DNA from: an uncultured cyanobacterium
Lineage (GTDB): Bacteria; Cyanobacteriota; Cyanobacteriia; Cyanobacteriales; CAWUOF01
Direction of reading: 5' to 3'
Length of the DNA stretch: 64,000 nt
NCBI GenBank assembly: GCA_963744145.1
Contig: CAVUSO010000001.1
Coordinates: forward strand, 3,520,001-3,584,000
Positions within the stretch are counted from its first letter, which is position 1. The number at the start of each line of letters is the position of its first letter. Shown in pieces: positions 20,255 through 33,026 of this stretch. The notes below the pieces were generated by a model. The model was not told the origin of the DNA and did not search any database. It saw only the letters and a program-made list of their open reading frames with translations. Made by a program: the position numbers and the translations under genes.

Positions 20255-21436
20255 ATGTTTAACATTCCTAAGCAAATTGCCGACTGGCTAGAAACTCATT
20301 GGGTGAATCCAGCTTACTCAGGATGGTTGCTGTTAATATTGGCCATCTTCTTTTTTGGAGCCGCTACTAATACTATGGCTGGTTGGCTTTATACTATCAG
20401 TGGGATCAGTTTAGCAATTTTGGCGATCGCTGCAATTTTACCACCCCGATCGCTCCGAGAACTCCGAGTGAAAAGAGCGCCGATCGCACCGGTAAGTGTG
20501 GGAGACCAACTGACGATAGAGATCAAAATTGAAAATCCGAGTAATCAACTTAAAACTCTACTGCAAATTGAAGATATTCTTCCCTATGTATTAACTAAAA
20601 ATAGTCATACCCCATCAGTTCAACAAACCGCGATCGAAACTATTCCCCCGGTCAACCATTACCAATGGACTTACTATCAACCTACCCAACAGCGAGGTAT
20701 TTATCGCTGGCAACAAGTTGAACTAAAAACAGCTACTCCCTTAGGATTATTCTGGTGTCGTCGTTCTCGAAATGTGCCAGCGATCGCGATCGTCTATCCT
20801 ACGGTTTTACCGCTAGCCCAATGTCCTTTAATTGATGATATCGGGGGAGAACATAGTCCACAATTTTTTCAGCGAGATCGACAATCCCAGACAGAAACAG
20901 AAGGAATAACTCGCACATTGCGTCCCTATCGGTGGGGTGATCCATTTCGATTAATTCATTGGAAAACCAGTGCCCGTTATGGTGAATTAAGAGTTAGGGA
21001 GTTAGAAATATTTACAGGTGGTCAAGAAATAACTATTTGTCTTGATAGTAGCAATCTATGGGAACCAGAAGATTTTGAACAAGCAGTAATCGCTGCTGCT
21101 TCTCTATATTTTTATGCTAGTCGAAATCAACTCCAACCCAACTTATGGACAGCTAGCACTGGCTTAGTATATGGTCATCAAGTCGTCCTAGAAACCTTAG
21201 CAGGTGTTAATCAAGCAGAAGAAATCAACAAAGATAGACTACCCCCAAGACAACCTTTAATCTGGCTAACTCAAAATTCCGATACTATTAGTTCTTTACC
21301 CAAAGGTAGTCGCTGGGTACTTTGGCCCAAAGAAATCAGCACCTTACCACCAGCAAAGATCCTGACTGGTGATTACCCAGGGTTAACTATTCAAGATGAA
21401 ACACCCCTAAAAATACAACTCCAATCAGTTCATTGA
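20255..21436 (+). CDS. DUF58 domain protein
   Basis: Two N-terminal TM helices; 'LRPYRWGDPFRLIHWKTSAR', 'ICLDSS'. Confidence 0.88.
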   Translation: MFNIPKQIADWLETHWVNPAYSGWLLLILAIFFFGAATNTMAGWLYTISGISLAILAIAAILPPRSLRELRVKRAPIAPVSVGDQLTIEIKIENPSNQLKTLLQIEDILPYVLTKNSHTPSVQQTAIETIPPVNHYQWTYYQPTQQRGIYRWQQVELKTATPLGLFWCRRSRNVPAIAIVYPTVLPLAQCPLIDDIGGEHSPQFFQRDRQSQTETEGITRTLRPYRWGDPFRLIHWKTSARYGELRVRELEIFTGGQEITICLDSSNLWEPEDFEQAVIAAASLYFYASRNQLQPNLWTASTGLVYGHQVVLETLAGVNQAEEINKDRLPPRQPLIWLTQNSDTISSLPKGSRWVLWPKEISTLPPAKILTGDYPGLTIQDETPLKIQLQSVH

Positions 21437-21541
21437 TATATCCAGGGGGAATCTGAACGGGTTGGAGATTAAAATTAGCTTCTGATTGGGTCATTTTAAC
21501 CTGATTAATAAATAATTGCAAATTTCCAGTTTTTATTAATA

Positions 21542-22057
21542 TTAAACAGTTGCAGTAGCAAGAAAATCTTGGATTGCTTTCATTCCTGATGCTGACGGGT
21601 GGGAACGTGGATGAATTTCCTTGAGCCAATTTGTTGCTTCCCAAATTTCTAAATTATGATAGCGACATAAATATGCAATACAAACTGTGGGAGAGCGCTC
21701 AATTCCAGCTAAACAATGCACGTATATTGGTTGATGATTTTCTAAATGATGTCTAATTATTTCTACTACTTGATTAATTTGCTCACCGGTAATTTCTGTT
21801 TCATAATAACTATCAGGTAAAACGTATCTAATACAGTGAAAATTTTGAGCAACTTGATCTGGTAGGTTTCCTTCGGAAGGATGACACAAAGAGAGAATTA
21901 CTTGAATATTGGCTTCACCTAATGGGATATCTGCACCAGAACGTGGTAAACTACCTACTGCTAGTTGTCCGGGAATTACCCAATTAATCGATTGTTGAGT
22001 AGGAGGTGAAGCAGATTGTCCTTGGGGAGGAAATAGTTTTTTGATTAGATGTAACAC
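21542..22057 (-). CDS. Dual-specificity protein phosphatase
   Basis: 'VHCLAGIERS' (HCxxGxxR) catalytic loop. Confidence 0.88.
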   Translation of the reverse strand: MLHLIKKLFPPQGQSASPPTQQSINWVIPGQLAVGSLPRSGADIPLGEANIQVILSLCHPSEGNLPDQVAQNFHCIRYVLPDSYYETEITGEQINQVVEIIRHHLENHQPIYVHCLAGIERSPTVCIAYLCRYHNLEIWEATNWLKEIHPRSHPSASGMKAIQDFLATATV

Positions 22058-22136
22058 CTGATGTTTACTTGCTCCTGGAGCTAATTTGAGTTAACACTTA
22101 TATTGTCGCAATTAATTGCTCAATAGTTCCACATAC

Positions 22137-22919
22137 TTAGAGAGAAAATTCCGCGATCGCTGGGGTATGGTCACTCGGTTTACTCAGTTGACGAGGGGAT
22201 TTATCAATGGTGCAGCTAATACATTTTTCATATAGATTAGCACTCAGATAGTGATGATCGATCCGCCATCCTTTGTTACGCTCAAAAGCACGAGCCCGAT
22301 AATCCCACCAACTAAAATATCCTCCCTCGGTGGTAAATTTCCGAAAAGCATCCTGTAACCCTAAGTTTAGCAGTTCTTGTAAGGCTTGACGTTCTGGTTC
22401 TGAAGCCATAACTGAGTTTTTAGCAATAGTTGGGTTATGAATATCCCGATCATCTGGAGCAATATTAAAATCTCCGCATATACATAAATCTGGATTTTTG
22501 TCAAGGCTAATTTTTAAATATTCACCCAGATGGTTTAACCAGTTTAATTTATAAATATATTTATCACTACCGACTTCGGCACCATTGGGAACATAAACAT
22601 TAATAATGCGAATCCCATTACAAGTACCAGCGATTAACCGTTTTTGTTCTTCATAATCATTATCACCGATAATTGATGCAAATCCCAGACTTAGATTAGT
22701 TAATGGTGTCTGACTGAGAATAGCGACACCATTATAAGATTTTTGTCCAAATACATAGACATGATAACCTAAATCTTGGAGAGGTGACATGGGAAAATCA
22801 GCATCTACGACTTTGGTTTCTTGGAGACAGAGGACATCAACTGGATTTGTTTGTAACCATTGACTGACTTGTTCTAAACGAGTACGGATTGAATTAACAT
22901 TCCAGGTAGCAATTTTCAT
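22137..22919 (-). CDS. xth: Exodeoxyribonuclease III
   Basis: 'ATWNVNS', 'LQETK', 'GDFNIAP', 'WRIDH', 'SDH'. Confidence 0.95.
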   Translation of the reverse strand: MKIATWNVNSIRTRLEQVSQWLQTNPVDVLCLQETKVVDADFPMSPLQDLGYHVYVFGQKSYNGVAILSQTPLTNLSLGFASIIGDNDYEEQKRLIAGTCNGIRIINVYVPNGAEVGSDKYIYKLNWLNHLGEYLKISLDKNPDLCICGDFNIAPDDRDIHNPTIAKNSVMASEPERQALQELLNLGLQDAFRKFTTEGGYFSWWDYRARAFERNKGWRIDHHYLSANLYEKCISCTIDKSPRQLSKPSDHTPAIAEFSL

Positions 22920-22959
22920 TGAGGTTATTAGTTAACTAGGGAGTGCGATATACCTTTAA

Positions 22960-23103
22960 TAGCGTTGCTGATTTACGGTATGAATAAATTTGTAGGAGCG
23001 CAAGAGCCATATAGAGGGCGCAAGAGCCATACGCCCCTACGGGATTTTCCAATTAGATCATACCCTGATTAAGCGTGAAGGGGCGCAAGATCTCTTGCGC
23101 CCA
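22960..23103. repeat. REP/MITE-like palindromic element
   Basis: GTAGGAGCG...CGCCCCTAC (22992-23040) with internal GCGCAAGAGCCATA x2; GGGCGCAAGA-TC-TCTTGCGCCC hairpin; flanking GGTATGA/TCATACC inverted ends. Confidence 0.6.
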
Positions 23104-23374
23104 CTGGTGTATAGTTATTGCTCTCCAGCTCGTCACCACATCATATTCTGTGTCCGGACAGTCAAGTAGCTTAACTACTGTTAATCCTGAAACTGTTACT
23201 GGGCAATAGGTTCAGGATTGTTAAGAAAGATGTGACTAATGGATAGCCTAAAAGGAAAGGAGATTGGGGGGTTAGGTCGATCTTGTCATCAGATTCAGAA
23301 TGGGTCTGGCAAATTTAACTCTAAAGATGTGATCAGTGACAAAGGTTGATTGTTAACTGATATGTCACAATTAA

Positions 23375-25051
<1,677 letters not shown>

Positions 25052-25104
25052 CAATATTCTGGCATCGCTTAATTAGCTAAAGTCAGGGGAGGTGAATAGA
25101 TTTT

Positions 25105-25524
25105 GTGTCCTATTGGGTGAAAATAATTTATGATCGGAATATTTATGCCATCGATCTAGACCGGATCGGTGCTTTTTCTGCTTCCCCTAGTGGTAAGATT
25201 ACTTTTTGGTTACCAGATAGTAAAACTTCGATCGTCATTACTGCACATAGTAACCCCCAAGCTTATCAACAGATCCAAGAGTATATCAATAAGATTACTA
25301 ATTATACTCTTGGTAATTATTGGCTCAAATTGACTTACGATCGGGATGAATATATGATTGATTTGAATCGGATTGGTGCATTTTCCCTAGCACCAAGCGG
25401 TAAACTAACTTTTTGGATATCTGATAGTGGTAATCCCATCATTATTCATCCCCAGGGTAATGCGGAAGCTTATCAAAAAATCATCGATTATGTCGAAAAA
25501 ACAACTGGATATTCTCTGCTTTAA
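25105..25524 (+). CDS. Hypothetical protein made of two ~70-aa tandem repeats
   Basis: YWVKIIYDR..IDLDRIGAFS.SPSGKITFW / YWLKLTYDR..IDLNRIGAFS.APSGKLTFW; GGAGG RBS before GTG. Confidence 0.8.
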   Translation: MSYWVKIIYDRNIYAIDLDRIGAFSASPSGKITFWLPDSKTSIVITAHSNPQAYQQIQEYINKITNYTLGNYWLKLTYDRDEYMIDLNRIGAFSLAPSGKLTFWISDSGNPIIIHPQGNAEAYQKIIDYVEKTTGYSLL

Positions 25525-26417
25525 CTGTTACTACTAATTAATTGCCATGCTAATTTAGCAGCACCAACTATTCCTGCTTGGTTACCTAATTGTGCGGGTA
25601 ATATTTGCAATCCCACCCGAGAAGTAGGCAGTACCCTTTGCTCAATGGTAGACTGAACTGCGGGTAAGAAAAACTCTGCACTAGCACCGATTCCACCACC
25701 AATGATGATTGCTTCTGGGGTGAGGACATAGAGGAGACTAGCTAAACCAGCACCAAGATGATGTCCATAGATTTCCCAAAATTCTAACGCGGTGGGATTA
25801 CCAATTTTGGCTAAATGACCAAGTTCCTCTGGACCCATTCCGGTCCGACGACGGATCGCTGGAGCTGAAACAAATTGCTCTAATGACCCGCGATTACCAC
25901 TATGACATTCTGGACCGTAAAGGTCTAAGGTAATTAATCCCAGTTCTCCTGCTGCACCATGATGACCAACAAATAATTTACCATCCAGAATAATTGCACC
26001 ACCAACTCCAGTTCCTAATGTCAGTAAGATCAAATTGCGAAACTGACGACCTGCTCCTAACCAAACTTCTCCTAATCCCGCACAATTACCATCATTTCCT
26101 AAAGTCGTGCGACGTTCGGTTTTTGTTTCCAACCATTCAGCTAAAGGGACATCATGCCATTGGGCCAAATTAATCGCAACTTGAGCGATTCTACCACTAG
26201 CATCAACGGGACCGGGAGTACCTACCCCGATCGCACTGCTTTTTTTGTCTGGATCAAGTTGAGCGATCGCATCTACAATCGTTGTGAGAACTGCATTTGG
26301 TGTCGCTGGTTGAGGAGTGGGTACAGTTAAATCTCCCAGACAGTTACCATCCTGGTTAAATCGACCCAGTTTGATCGCTGTTCCCCCTAAATCAATCCCG
26401 ATTACTTCCGCTTCCAT
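25521..26417 (-). CDS. ROK family sugar kinase (glucokinase-like)
   Basis: 'GIDLGGT', 'NDGNCA', 'LTLGTGVGG', 'CHSGNRGSLE'. Confidence 0.92.
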   Translation of the reverse strand: MEAEVIGIDLGGTAIKLGRFNQDGNCLGDLTVPTPQPATPNAVLTTIVDAIAQLDPDKKSSAIGVGTPGPVDASGRIAQVAINLAQWHDVPLAEWLETKTERRTTLGNDGNCAGLGEVWLGAGRQFRNLILLTLGTGVGGAIILDGKLFVGHHGAAGELGLITLDLYGPECHSGNRGSLEQFVSAPAIRRRTGMGPEELGHLAKIGNPTALEFWEIYGHHLGAGLASLLYVLTPEAIIIGGGIGASAEFFLPAVQSTIEQRVLPTSRVGLQILPAQLGNQAGIVGAAKLAWQLISSNS

Positions 26418-26455
26418 ATTAAATTCTTGTTTAAATCCACCAGAAAATTATATTG

Positions 26456-27340
26456 CTAATCCCGTTGCCGAAGTTTAGGATTAACAAACTCATTCAATCC
26501 TTCTCCCACAAAAGACAATCCGACTACCATTAAAGTCATTGCTAAACCTGGAAAGAGAGCTGTCCACCAAATTCCGGTCGGTAGAGCTTCTAGTGCTAGA
26601 CGTAAATCATGTCCCCATTCTGGACTTTCTTCGGGAAGTCCTAATCCCAGAAATCCTAATCCTCCCAGGGTAAGAATTGCATCTGCGGCGTTCAGGGTGA
26701 ATAAAACTGGTACACTTTGAATCACATTCAGAAATAAATACCGAGATAGGACAGTCCAAGTCGATGCTCCCATCGCTCGAGCTGCTTCAATAAATAGTTC
26801 GGTTTTGATACTGACCGTATGATTTCTGACTACTCGATAATATTGGGGGATATAGGAAATACTCAGCGCGATCGCTGCATTTAATACTCCGCGACCCACT
26901 ACAAAAGCGAGGGTAATGGACAGTAATAGTCCTGGGAGAGTATAGGTAGTGTCCATTAAGAATAGTAAAAATCGATCTAATTTACCACCCAAATAACCAC
27001 TGGTTAATCCCAGGGGAACACCAAATAATATACTAAAGGCGGTAGCGAGGATGACTACTTTAAAAGCTGCTTGAGTCCCAAACATAGTCCGAGCAAATAC
27101 ATCATAACCCAGGTTAGTGGTGCCGAACCAATGTTGGGATGAGGGGGGTTGATGGATGGGGTTATCGAGAAATTCGGTGGGATTTTGCACCCATCCCCAA
27201 CTTTGAAAATTAGGGGTCAAGAGCGCGATTAGTAAGAAGATGATGGTGATGACTAATCCGATTCGCATCATCTGAATGGAAATATTCGCGCGATCGGCAA
27301 AATTCAATAATCCGGATAATCTTGGTTTAGTCAATGTCAT
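26456..27340 (-). CDS. Peptide/nickel ABC transporter permease (DppC/OppC-like)
   Basis: 'HWFGTTNLGYDVFART', EAA loop 'FIEAARAMGAS'. Confidence 0.92.
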   Translation of the reverse strand: MTLTKPRLSGLLNFADRANISIQMMRIGLVITIIFLLIALLTPNFQSWGWVQNPTEFLDNPIHQPPSSQHWFGTTNLGYDVFARTMFGTQAAFKVVILATAFSILFGVPLGLTSGYLGGKLDRFLLFLMDTTYTLPGLLLSITLAFVVGRGVLNAAIALSISYIPQYYRVVRNHTVSIKTELFIEAARAMGASTWTVLSRYLFLNVIQSVPVLFTLNAADAILTLGGLGFLGLGLPEESPEWGHDLRLALEALPTGIWWTALFPGLAMTLMVVGLSFVGEGLNEFVNPKLRQRD

Positions 27341-27420
27341 TTATAACCCAATACGGTTTAGTTAACTGTAGCGCGATCGCCCTGCTTTTTCTGCTGATCT
27401 CCAAATCTGACAATTTTCAC

Positions 27421-28551
27421 TTAATCGTCTAATTTTTGTAAAGTCATACAAAAAGCATGTTGGGCAATTACCTGAGTAGTGATACTTTCAGGTAGAGTCG
27501 AATTATTGATTTCTTTAAATTTATTTTTCAAAATTTTAGCAATATCAATTTTATCATTAATCCATACTCGATCTGATGGAAAACATCGATGATGGGAATT
27601 GACAATGTAAAAATATCCTCCAGTTTTTAAAGCATAATTAATGCGATTTATTTCAAGATGAGGATCTAAACAATGTTGAATTACCCAAATACTATAGGCG
27701 TGGTTTACTTTTAAGCCATTGGTAATCATTCTATCTAAAGAGGTCGGCGAACAGGCTATAAATTTGGGAGAGTTGATATAGCTGATCGCTAATTGCAACA
27801 TCTGATTACTGATATCAACTCCCAAAACTGTACAATCATAAATAGCAATAATTTCCTTAGCTAAACGACCGATTCCACAGCCATAATCTAGAACAATATC
27901 GGTCGATTTAAGTTTTAGTTCTTTGCCTAATTGATCAACTAAATAAGGTGTTTCCTTTTCCCACCTTTCTTCAGTAGATGTACCTCGTTCTGGGGTTAAA
28001 ATAATGCTCTTTGCATCGGCGATGTTATTTACATAAAATACCTCTGGTCTATACATAGAAGCCAGGATTTCAGAATTGAGAAGAGAGCCTACTTTTGAAT
28101 TTAATTGAGGGCATTCTGCTTGAATTTCAAATGTTCTTTTCCAGAGGTTAATTACGTCATCTACTCTCTCTTGTTGAATGAACATTTTTGTCAAACTTTC
28201 ATAGGTTGCTTCGTGGCAAAGATTCTGGTCTAAAATTTGCCAAAAAATCTGCTCTGCTTGGATAAATTTGCCGATATTTTGGTAACTTTGAGCGTTTGTA
28301 TATAAAAATTCTATTAGTTCATTACTCCAGGTTTCTATTTGGGTTGAACTACCTGTAGCTATCACTGATAACCAAGTAGCTTGTGCTTCTACTTCTCTCC
28401 CTTCTAGTAAAAGTGCTAACCCCAAATACCAATAATTAGCTCTAACCGTAGGATCGGATTCAATTCCCTGTTCATAGAGAGCGATCGCATCTAGATATTT
28501 TTCTTCTTGGAAATATTCAGCGGCTTGTTTTTCTAAGTCGATAGATTCCAT
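27421..28551 (-). CDS. TPR + class I SAM methyltransferase
   Basis: N-terminal 'YWYLGLALLLEGREVEAQATW' module; 'VLDYGCGIGR'. Confidence 0.85.
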   Translation of the reverse strand: MESIDLEKQAAEYFQEEKYLDAIALYEQGIESDPTVRANYWYLGLALLLEGREVEAQATWLSVIATGSSTQIETWSNELIEFLYTNAQSYQNIGKFIQAEQIFWQILDQNLCHEATYESLTKMFIQQERVDDVINLWKRTFEIQAECPQLNSKVGSLLNSEILASMYRPEVFYVNNIADAKSIILTPERGTSTEERWEKETPYLVDQLGKELKLKSTDIVLDYGCGIGRLAKEIIAIYDCTVLGVDISNQMLQLAISYINSPKFIACSPTSLDRMITNGLKVNHAYSIWVIQHCLDPHLEINRINYALKTGGYFYIVNSHHRCFPSDRVWINDKIDIAKILKNKFKEINNSTLPESITTQVIAQHAFCMTLQKLDD

Positions 28552-28581
28552 AATCCCTCCATAGTGATTGATTTGAGTTTG

Positions 28582-29754
28582 TTAAATTGGTGATTTTTGC
28601 GCTCTTAAATATTCTTTAATTACCTCTAGATTAGATTGAGCATCTGCACAATTAGCATCAAAGGACAAAGCTAATTGAAATGCTGCTAATGCTTCGGTAA
28701 TCCGATTTAATTTGAGATAAGCCAATCCTAAACCACAAGCTGGAGATGTGGTCATAAAACTCTTTTCAAAAGGTTCCCCTTGATAATAACTCATAGTTCT
28801 ACCTAATTGAATACATTGCTCAAAATAAGCGATCGCACCCAGGGGAAACCCTAAATCTAATAACAGACAACCTGCTAAATAAACTAGGGGTGGAAATTCT
28901 CCACACCATTCTAAACCCCGCTGACTGAGTAAAATTACTGTTTCATAATCTTTTTGTTGTTTTGCTTCCATTCCCAAACTAAACAGTAAGGAGGGTACAA
29001 ATACAAATTCTGTCGGTGGTGTTCCCTCCATCAAATTGGGAAATAAGCGATCGTATGCTTCATTGTAGCATTGTTGTGATTTTTCTGGTTGCTCAATATC
29101 CCGATAACTTCCCGCTAGACCGTAAAGCAGTTTTAAACTGAGATTACCCTGTTGTCTCATCTTTTCCAGAATCGGGATATCTCGGTTGAGCAGTTTTTGT
29201 AATCTCTGTTGCTCTGTAAATTTACCATAACCAACAATTTTAATTTCCTCTAGGTACCTCCAACAATTTGCTGGAAAACTTTGACCGTAATATCTGATTT
29301 CTTCGTGGAGACAATTGACATATTTAATTTCGGGTAAATTGCGAAATAATTTGACTGTATAAAAAGAAGTCGCATTTGGTAAATCAGCTTCTAACCTCAG
29401 CAGAGAATAAGCTAGAATTTCTGGATGAGAATTTAATTGCTCCCCCAGGTTAGATGAATCAATTACTATTGTTTCATCTGCATCTAATACTAAAATCCAC
29501 TTTCCCGATGCGAGGGAAAGAGAATAGTTCCGAGCAGCAGCAAAATCATCACACCATTGAAATGTATCAACTTTTGCCCCATATTCAGCCGCAATCTTCG
29601 GTGTTCCATCTTCAGATCCTGTATCTACCACTATGATTTCATCAACGTAGGGTTTAGCACTAGTTAGACAGCGAGCTAAATTCTTTTTTTCATTTTTGAC
29701 AATCATACAGAGAGATAAAAAAGGCTGAGATCGTTCTGCTAATTTTTGCTTCAT
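28582..29754 (-). CDS. GT2 glycosyltransferase with C-terminal TPRs
   Basis: 'LSLCMIVKNE', 'VDTGSEDGT', 'DDFAAARN', 'LDADE'; ATG 29754. Confidence 0.9.
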   Translation of the reverse strand: MKQKLAERSQPFLSLCMIVKNEKKNLARCLTSAKPYVDEIIVVDTGSEDGTPKIAAEYGAKVDTFQWCDDFAAARNYSLSLASGKWILVLDADETIVIDSSNLGEQLNSHPEILAYSLLRLEADLPNATSFYTVKLFRNLPEIKYVNCLHEEIRYYGQSFPANCWRYLEEIKIVGYGKFTEQQRLQKLLNRDIPILEKMRQQGNLSLKLLYGLAGSYRDIEQPEKSQQCYNEAYDRLFPNLMEGTPPTEFVFVPSLLFSLGMEAKQQKDYETVILLSQRGLEWCGEFPPLVYLAGCLLLDLGFPLGAIAYFEQCIQLGRTMSYYQGEPFEKSFMTTSPACGLGLAYLKLNRITEALAAFQLALSFDANCADAQSNLEVIKEYLRAQKSPI

Positions 29755-29759
29755 TTTCC

Positions 29760-31415
29760 TTAAGTTGTTATTTTTTGAAGAGCTATGATTACTTGTGCAA
29801 AGACCCCAACCCAATCACCTAGATGTTCCTGACGAAATAAACGCATACTAGGATACCACGGACTGTCTTCACGCTCAAGTAGCCATCGCCAATCAGCAGC
29901 AAAACATAGTAATAACCATACTGGTTTTCCCAGAGCCCCAGTTAAATGAGCAACAGCGGTATCAACAGTAATGACTAAGTCAAGTTGGGAGATAATTTCA
30001 GCTGTATCAGCAAAGTCACCTAGAACAGGACTTAAATCTTGGATTATGTCTGAGGAAAATTGAGCTAATTCTGTTACAGGAGGTCCTTTTTGCAAGGAAA
30101 AAAAGGCAATATTTGGGATGTGGAAGAGTGCTTGAAAATCTTGCAGGGAACAGGAACGATAGCGATCGCTTTTATTAGTCGGACTACCAGCCCAAACAAT
30201 TCCTACTTTAAGTTTAGCATTTTTAGGCATTTCTAGTTTTAAATTTAGAGGTTCTTTTACACTTAGGTAGGGAATTGCTTGCGGTACTGTTGTGAGGGTC
30301 GTTCCAAATATTCTTGGTAAACTCATTAGTGGGACATGAACATCAAACTGAGGTAAATCAGCTCCTCTCGGAACTACCTGATCAATTCCAGGACAATTTA
30401 TGAGTAATCGAAATAGTGGTTGTTGACACTCAAAAACTACCATACCTCCACCAGCTTTTACCATCGGTGCATAGCGAATAAATTGAATTGTATCACCAAA
30501 ACCTTGTTCAGCATGAAGTAATATGGTGCGATCGGCAAGGTTTGAACCATCCCAGAGTGGTTGAGGAAAAGAACGGGGTTGATTTTCTTTCATATAAATG
30601 CGCCATTCATATTCAGTAAATCCCCGTTCAAATTCCCCCATCTTTAATAATATCATTCCCAAATTTCGATGAGCTTGCGCCCAATTTGGATTAATTTTAA
30701 TTGCTTGATTGCAAAAATCTATACCTTTTACTAATTCCCCCTGAGCAGCGACGATCATGCCCATATTATGGTAAGATTTAGCATGATTTGGATCAATTTT
30801 AATAGCTTTTTGATAGAATTCGATCGCCTCTTCTAATTTACCTTGCTGCTCAAAAACCACACCCATATTATAATAAGGTTGAACAATATTTGGATCAATC
30901 TCCGTCGCTTTTTGATAGCAAATTAGGGCGGATTCAAATTGATTTTGTTTCTCAAAAACTATTCCTTGATTATTATAAGCCATGAAAAAATCCGGGTCGA
31001 GATTAATCGCTTGCTCATAAGAACTAAGCGCAGCTTCAAATTGGTTTTGTGCTAATAAAATATTGCCGAGCTTATTATATATTTTCGGTAGTTCTGGGTT
31101 GAATTCAAGAATTTGCCGATAGATGATTTCCGCTTGGGGAAACTTACTTATTGCTTGCAAATTGGTGGCTTCTGTATCCAATAAATCAATCAATTCGACT
31201 GTCCAGGTTTCCAGTTCCTTTCCCGTCCCTTGGAGCATAATTGACCACCACAATTCTTGCGCTAGGGATTCTTTTCCTTGGAGCAAATATACTAATCCTA
31301 ATCGCCAATAATTATCTCGCTCGATGGGATAATTTTCAATACATTGTTGATATATAGCGATCGCTTCATCGTATTTTTCTTCAGCCAAATATTGGGCTGC
31401 TTCTTTACTGATCAT
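29760..31415 (-). CDS. TPR + GT-B (GT9-like) glycosyltransferase, paralog C
   Basis: TPRs; 'EQGFGDTIQFIRY', 'VGIVWAG', 'LDLVITVDTAVAHL', 'SPWYPSMRLFRQ'. Confidence 0.88.
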   Translation of the reverse strand: MISKEAAQYLAEEKYDEAIAIYQQCIENYPIERDNYWRLGLVYLLQGKESLAQELWWSIMLQGTGKELETWTVELIDLLDTEATNLQAISKFPQAEIIYRQILEFNPELPKIYNKLGNILLAQNQFEAALSSYEQAINLDPDFFMAYNNQGIVFEKQNQFESALICYQKATEIDPNIVQPYYNMGVVFEQQGKLEEAIEFYQKAIKIDPNHAKSYHNMGMIVAAQGELVKGIDFCNQAIKINPNWAQAHRNLGMILLKMGEFERGFTEYEWRIYMKENQPRSFPQPLWDGSNLADRTILLHAEQGFGDTIQFIRYAPMVKAGGGMVVFECQQPLFRLLINCPGIDQVVPRGADLPQFDVHVPLMSLPRIFGTTLTTVPQAIPYLSVKEPLNLKLEMPKNAKLKVGIVWAGSPTNKSDRYRSCSLQDFQALFHIPNIAFFSLQKGPPVTELAQFSSDIIQDLSPVLGDFADTAEIISQLDLVITVDTAVAHLTGALGKPVWLLLCFAADWRWLLEREDSPWYPSMRLFRQEHLGDWVGVFAQVIIALQKITT

Positions 31416-33018
31416 GATGTTTTTGAAAAAATTGGTGTGATCGATATTGATGATGGACTAAATTTTGGAGTTGCTGTGCGATGCGTTTAAATACTCCTGT
31501 CCAATCTCCCAGCCGATTTTGACGGAATAAACGCATCGTCGGATACCAGGGACTGTCCTCACGTTCCAGCAACCATCTCCAGTCACTTACAAAGGATAAA
31601 ATTACCCAGACTGGTTTTCCCAATGCTCCGGTTAAATGAGCAACAGCAGTATCAACTGTAATCACTAAGTCAAGTTGGGATATAATTGCCGCAGTATCAG
31701 CAAAGTCACCTAAATCTGAGCTTAAATCTTGGATGACTATTTCTGATGGTAACTGAGCTAAATCTAATGCTCTTGGTCCTTTTTGGAGACTGTAAAAACT
31801 AATACCCGATATCTGCAAAAGTTCTTGAAAATCAGTTAATGAACATGAACGACTCCGATCTCTAATATTATTAGGATTACCAGCCCAGACAATCCCGATT
31901 TTGAGCTGATTAGTTGTTGATTGTTCGAGCTGCAAATGGAGTGATTTTGGCGGACTAAGATAGGGAATTGAGCAGGGGATTGTTGCCAAAGTTGTGCCAA
32001 AAATCCGCGGGAGACTCATTAATGGTGCATGAACATCAAATGGGGGTAATTCCGCTTCAGTTATGACTAGCTGATTAATTCCAGCACAGGTAGTCAGTAA
32101 TCTGACCAGTGATTGTGGACACAAAACAATTACTTTTCCTCCATGCGCTTGTACTTTGGTAGCATAGCGGATCGCTTGGATTGTATCACCAAACCCCTGC
32201 TCGTGATGCAGCAAGATCCTCTTTCCCTCCAGGTCTGAACCATTCCAAACAGGTTGGGGAAATGAGCGGGTTTGATTTTTTTTCACTTGAGTGCGCCATT
32301 CATATTCAGCAAATCCAAGTTCAAATTCCCCCATTCTGAGTAACATCATTCCCAGACTTAAATGTGTTTCCCCCTTATTTGGATTAAGTGCAATCGCTTG
32401 ATGACAATAATTTATACCTTTGGCAAATTCTCCCTGATTTTCTAAGGCTAGACCCATATTATAGTAAGGTTGAACAATATTGGGATTAATATCGATCGCT
32501 CTTTGGTAGCAAATTACAGCAGCTTCAAATTTATTTTGTTTCTCAAAAACTGTTCCTTGATTATTATAAGCCATGAAGAAATTTGGGTCGAGATTAATCG
32601 CTTGCTCATAACAACTAAGCGCAGCTTCAAGTTGGTTTTGTGCTAATAATGTATTGCCGAGCTTATTATGTATTTTCGGTAGTTCTGGGTTGAATTCGAG
32701 AATTTGCCGATAGATGATTTCCGCTTGGGGAAACTTACTTATTTCTTGGAGATGGGTGGCTTCTGTATCCAATAAATCAATCAATTCGACTGTCCATGTT
32801 TCCAGTTCCATGCTCGTTCCTTGGAGCATAATTGACCACCACAATTCTTGCGCTAGGGATTCTTTTCTTTGGAGCAGATATACTAATCCTAATCGCCAAT
32901 AATTAGCTCGATCGGTAGGATAATTTTCAATATATTGTTGATATATAGCGATCGCTTCCTCATATTTTTCTTGAGCCAAATACTCTGCTGCTTGGTGGTT
33001 TAGAGCGGGAACATTCAT
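31405..33018 (-). CDS. TPR + GT-B (GT9-like) glycosyltransferase, paralog B (chimeric)
   Basis: Same motifs as paralog C; ATG 33018 (MNVPALNHQAAEYL). Confidence 0.88.
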   Translation of the reverse strand: MNVPALNHQAAEYLAQEKYEEAIAIYQQYIENYPTDRANYWRLGLVYLLQRKESLAQELWWSIMLQGTSMELETWTVELIDLLDTEATHLQEISKFPQAEIIYRQILEFNPELPKIHNKLGNTLLAQNQLEAALSCYEQAINLDPNFFMAYNNQGTVFEKQNKFEAAVICYQRAIDINPNIVQPYYNMGLALENQGEFAKGINYCHQAIALNPNKGETHLSLGMMLLRMGEFELGFAEYEWRTQVKKNQTRSFPQPVWNGSDLEGKRILLHHEQGFGDTIQAIRYATKVQAHGGKVIVLCPQSLVRLLTTCAGINQLVITEAELPPFDVHAPLMSLPRIFGTTLATIPCSIPYLSPPKSLHLQLEQSTTNQLKIGIVWAGNPNNIRDRSRSCSLTDFQELLQISGISFYSLQKGPRALDLAQLPSEIVIQDLSSDLGDFADTAAIISQLDLVITVDTAVAHLTGALGKPVWVILSFVSDWRWLLEREDSPWYPTMRLFRQNRLGDWTGVFKRIAQQLQNLVHHQYRSHQFFQKHHDQ

Positions 33019-33026
33019 AATGATAT

